From: Mytilus trossulus
Lineage: Eukaryota
Length of the DNA: 64,000 bases
Assembly (NCBI RefSeq): GCF_036588685.1
Contig: NC_086378.1
Coordinates: forward strand, 84,816,001-84,880,000
Direction: 5' to 3'
Shown here: one piece after another, positions 61,858 to 64,000 of the stretch
Numbering within the stretch: position 1 is the first letter of the stretch
Layout: the number at the start of each line of letters is the position of its first letter
Program-made: the position numbers and the translations under genes
The notes under the pieces: generated by a model
Databases searched by the model: none
The model's input: the letters and a program-made list of their open reading frames with translations, nothing else
What the model was told of the DNA's origin: nothing

Positions 61858-63689
61858 TCTCAAAAAAAGAGCTTTCGGTGGCCATATGTGACGCACTTTT
61901 TCGCATGCTATCAAGAGTTAGTATGACAATATGAGGTGTATAGTATAAATGCGATCATGATAATAAAAACGGTCAAATATTTAGCCTGTGCACTCTTGTG
62001 TTTACTGCTCACTGAACAATAGTCGTACTGTGAAAGACAAGGGGTAATTGTGAAGCCCTATTAATATTTGGATGTCGATACATAGAAACAACTTTGAATA
62101 CTTATGTGCACCTTTTCAGTGTTACTCAGATTAACTGGGAGGTCATGATTTATACTTCTATACGAAAGAGATTAGAACAATGAATTTGTTGTTGATTCCA
62201 TGAAATGTTAGATAACAACAATTACTTGGAAGATATCTAGTCTTCAATTATTGTTGATACTGTTGACTTTAAACAATCATAATAACTGGGGGTATAGTGT
62301 TATATTTATATATATATAACGATTGATACCTTTAAATGCCAGAAATAAGCAACATTAGTTCATAGATTAAACTTTTAAATATTAGAAATTAACAAATTGT
62401 AGGTCATCATTGATTCCTATGTATGATAGATGTAAGGCTTAGCATGCTCTTCAACTTTGTAATAGTTTAGTTTTATAACTATTTTAATGCGAGGCGTATT
62501 AAATTATAGGAACGGACCCTTTGATTGTTATTAGAAGTTTTTAAATGGCAAAATTCGCACGGTGATTTGTGTTGTTATCATGGCAAGTTTGAAAGGATTT
62601 TTCAAAACATGTAAAGTTAAATGTTAAGACTTTGAGGGTATTTTTTAAACAACAACACTACTTACAATCAACATTAGATGCTTCTATCAATAACTTGCTA
62701 TTCAAAAATTGATTGAAATTGAACAATATTTTATAATACACATAAATCATCAATTTAATACGAACAAGCACAGCACATTACAGCAAAACAATTTATCAAA
62801 AACAAATCATACATAGAGGGCACCATATGGTATTTTATAAAGGATAAGCTAATAAACATGGTCAAGACCACATCTATTTCGTAGTGCATGTCTTTTAGAA
62901 CATAAATGAAAATTTTAAAAATCCGACCTGCAGTTTCTCAATAAAATGTTTCAGTGTGTTGTACTACATATTGGACAAATTACTGTAAACCAACTTATTT
63001 TCGTGAGCGATTTATTTTCGCGAGTTTCGCGAGTAGAAAAATAACGCAAATATGTAAACCTTGGATATTTCCTTATTTAACTTCATCAAGTTAATCAGAA
63101 AATCGCGAAATTAAATATCCGCGAAGTGGTCAAGAAAGGGTAAAACGCGAAATAAAGTAGCCGCAAAAATAAGTAACTATAGAAAACGTCATCGGCTCTA
63201 ACTCAAAATATGGACAAATTTATGTTTAGGGGGTCTTGAAATCATTTGACAGCTTCCAAAGTGCTTATTTTTCACCTTTTTTAGCTGGACCAAATAACTA
63301 CTTTCCTTTAAAATTCGGGACACAAATTTTTTTCAAAGTGTAATTTCATCCCCCTCCTTGCAATTTGAGGCATAAAACATGGAGAAATAAATTTAGAAAG
63401 GCTATACAAAAAATTAGTAAGTAACCCACTGTCAACACTAGGGACTATGTTCGTAGACAAAGAAAATCAATGGACGACAATTGTGGTCTAGGACCTAACA
63501 ACATAAGAAGTTTCTAATAAATTAACTCATAATAGATACCAGGACAAATATTTTGTACACCAGACGAGTGTTTCTTCTACAAAAAAAAATCATCAGTGGT
63601 GCGATTGTTTCTAGTGTAACAAGTTATCATATTTCCTTATGAATAATAAACACTTAAGTGCAACTTGATCAATGATGGGATCAAATTGT

Positions 63690-64000
63690 AAAGGTAGATG
63701 AAGAGAAATGGAAATTAATTTTTAAATTACTTTCAAAAGTCACAAAAAATACCAAACTGCAGTGGTTACAATATAGAATAAATCAGCATCTTTTAGGTAC
63801 AAATAATTTTTTGAATAAAATTAAGGTTACTGACAACCCAAATTGTACTTTTTGCCAAGAAGTAGAAATTATTGTACATTTATTTAGGAATTGTGAGATT
63901 GTTCAAACGTTCATTGATAAAATTGATTCATGTTTTTTTGTCAAATGGTTTAAGTGTTCCATTCACCATTAAAAATTTTCTATTTGGGGATATTACAAAA
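63690..64000 (+). mobile_element. L1/Tx1-type ORF2 C-terminal zinc-finger fragment, running off the window
   Basis: WKLIFKL...NTKLQWLQYRINQHLLGTNNFLNKIKVTDNPNCTFCQEVEIIVHLFRNCE. Confidence 0.8.

Overview
AT-rich eukaryotic DNA with spliceosomal introns and many repeats. The repeat families resemble those of a bivalve mollusc, most likely a Mytilus mussel (inferred from repeat content, not verified). There is one apparent host gene on the + strand, 5'-incomplete. Three phase-compatible exons (700-929, 18808-18997, 33985-39581) splice into a protein of at least ~2005 aa: HEPN (intact RxxxxH) - short linker/coiled coil - STAND NTPase (nSTAND3-like) - ~40 Cys-rich ankyrin repeats. This is an NLR-like sensor with a putative RNase effector. 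The rest is nested mobile DNA: tandem type I hammerhead-ribozyme repeats (non-LTR retrozymes; 355/347-bp monomers and 143-bp mini-monomers), Penelope-like elements (PLEs) with an N-terminal GIY-YIG domain that share a covarying structured leader with the retrozyme, a 5'-truncated L1/Tx1 LINE whose ORF1 carries an SGNH esterase, a second APE-RT LINE, decayed hAT, Tc1 and Kolobok (transposase plus P2X7-ballast-like partner gene) transposons, a TG...CA TIR element, a 4.4-kb foldback, MITEs, a tRNA-derived SINE and two minisatellites. All calls come from reading the sequence by eye; repeat boundaries are approximate.
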